A stretch of DNA of 63,577 nt, filler included, from Octopus bimaculoides (taxonomy: Eukaryota): assembly GCF_001194135.2 (NCBI RefSeq). It is 5 parts of 5 records of this genome, joined end to end, with 100 filler letters (N's around TTAATTAATTAA, not from the genome) between each part and the next. Parts side by side here need not be neighbours in the genome. Positions count along the whole stretch, not along the records: positions 62,493 to 63,577 come from NC_068981.1; 4 more parts are not named here. One strand, written 5' to 3'. Numbering within the stretch: the stretch's first letter is position 1; each line of letters opens with the position of its first letter. Under the pieces are notes generated by a model. The model had not been told where the DNA came from, searched no databases, and was given only the letters and a program-made list of their open reading frames with translations. Below are positions 62,686 to 63,577 of this stretch, one piece after another. Both the position numbers and the translations under genes were made by a program.

Positions 62686-63499
62686 TTGAAATACACTGCC
62701 TTTATTTCATTTAATTTTAAACAATAATGAATTTAGTAAAATGATTTTGGCATTATTAAGCTGGTGTTTGAATGATTAATTAACATGAAATTTTGATTGA
62801 AGGTTTTTATTTTAATCACTTTAAAACAGGAAATTTGCATCATAGAACTAGAAGCAATCAGCAGGTTCGTATCAGAAGGGTTAAAAGAGAAACAAAATAC
62901 AAATAACAGATTTGAACAAATAGTGGATCAGAATTTGTGGTTTGAGACTAATATCTTATCCATGTGGCCATCTTGCTTTCTACTCCAAAATAGATTAGGC
63001 ATTAATGAAAAAAATATCAATAAGAAATGAGAAGTAATTACTTTAAAAGACAGCTTCAATATCAACATTGCACAATTAAATCTGATTACATCACAATGTT
63101 TTTTTTTCTCTATGTAGCTCCAAGTAGCATTACCTATTTTTCAAGAAGAATTTAGCTATTCAATGGCCAGGAATTCTGAAGTAAAATTAATTACATGTCA
63201 CATATTAGTCAACCACATTATAGCCAATCCAATTTTTGGAAGATTTGTAATTCATTTTATTTCATTTCTCTATTCGTTTTTAGCTTCTGTGCTTAATTCA
63301 AGGCATACATGTCCATACACATGCACATATAGCTCGCAGGTATATATGTTCATACACACGAACAAATCTCTCTCTCACACACACATACACATACACTTTT
63401 ACACATAAATACATGTAGCTAATATGTGCATATTCCAAAAGAGTAGTTACTCAAGGTAAGCAGTAGGCAAAAATAAAATAAATTAGTCTTGTCACCACA

Positions 63500-63503
<4 letters not shown>

Positions 63504-63577
<74 letters not shown>
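63504..63577. repeat. (TA)n microsatellite
   Basis: Direct reading. Confidence 0.95.

Noticed and set aside
852-63408. ORFs rich in HT, YI, CV, ER, SL, poly-I/L/H/N or X
   Set aside because: These are translations of microsatellites and N gaps with no protein-like complexity; no host gene is supported.

Overview
AT-rich, microsatellite-saturated eukaryotic draft-assembly DNA with many N gaps. The SINE, LINE and microsatellite content points to an octopod cephalopod; this is inference and needs a database search. I find no host protein-coding gene, rRNA or CRISPR array. Nearly all listed ORFs are microsatellite or gap artefacts, antisense frames, or decayed transposon frames, so the window looks intergenic or deep intronic. 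It holds three abundant tRNA-derived SINE families plus a chimeric variant, and non-LTR relics: RTE (one near-complete copy with an inverted 5' part), R4/Dong-like REL elements, CR1/L2-like LINEs and probable Penelope-like remnants. It also holds Tc1/mariner relics (DD37D maT-like and mariner), hAT- and mariner-type MITEs, a DINE-1/HINE-like element and several unclassified fold-back elements. Most notable are minimal hammerhead-ribozyme motifs from at least three repeat families, including a 150-bp inverted pair. Also notable are a repeat whose two hairpins are long in one copy and collapsed in another, a twin-priming-like RTE inversion, and a (TAA)n insertion hotspot. Four TTAATTAATTAA words inside N runs are artificial scaffolding linkers. 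I cannot show a wholly new system from sequence alone; the ribozyme-bearing repeats are the best lead.
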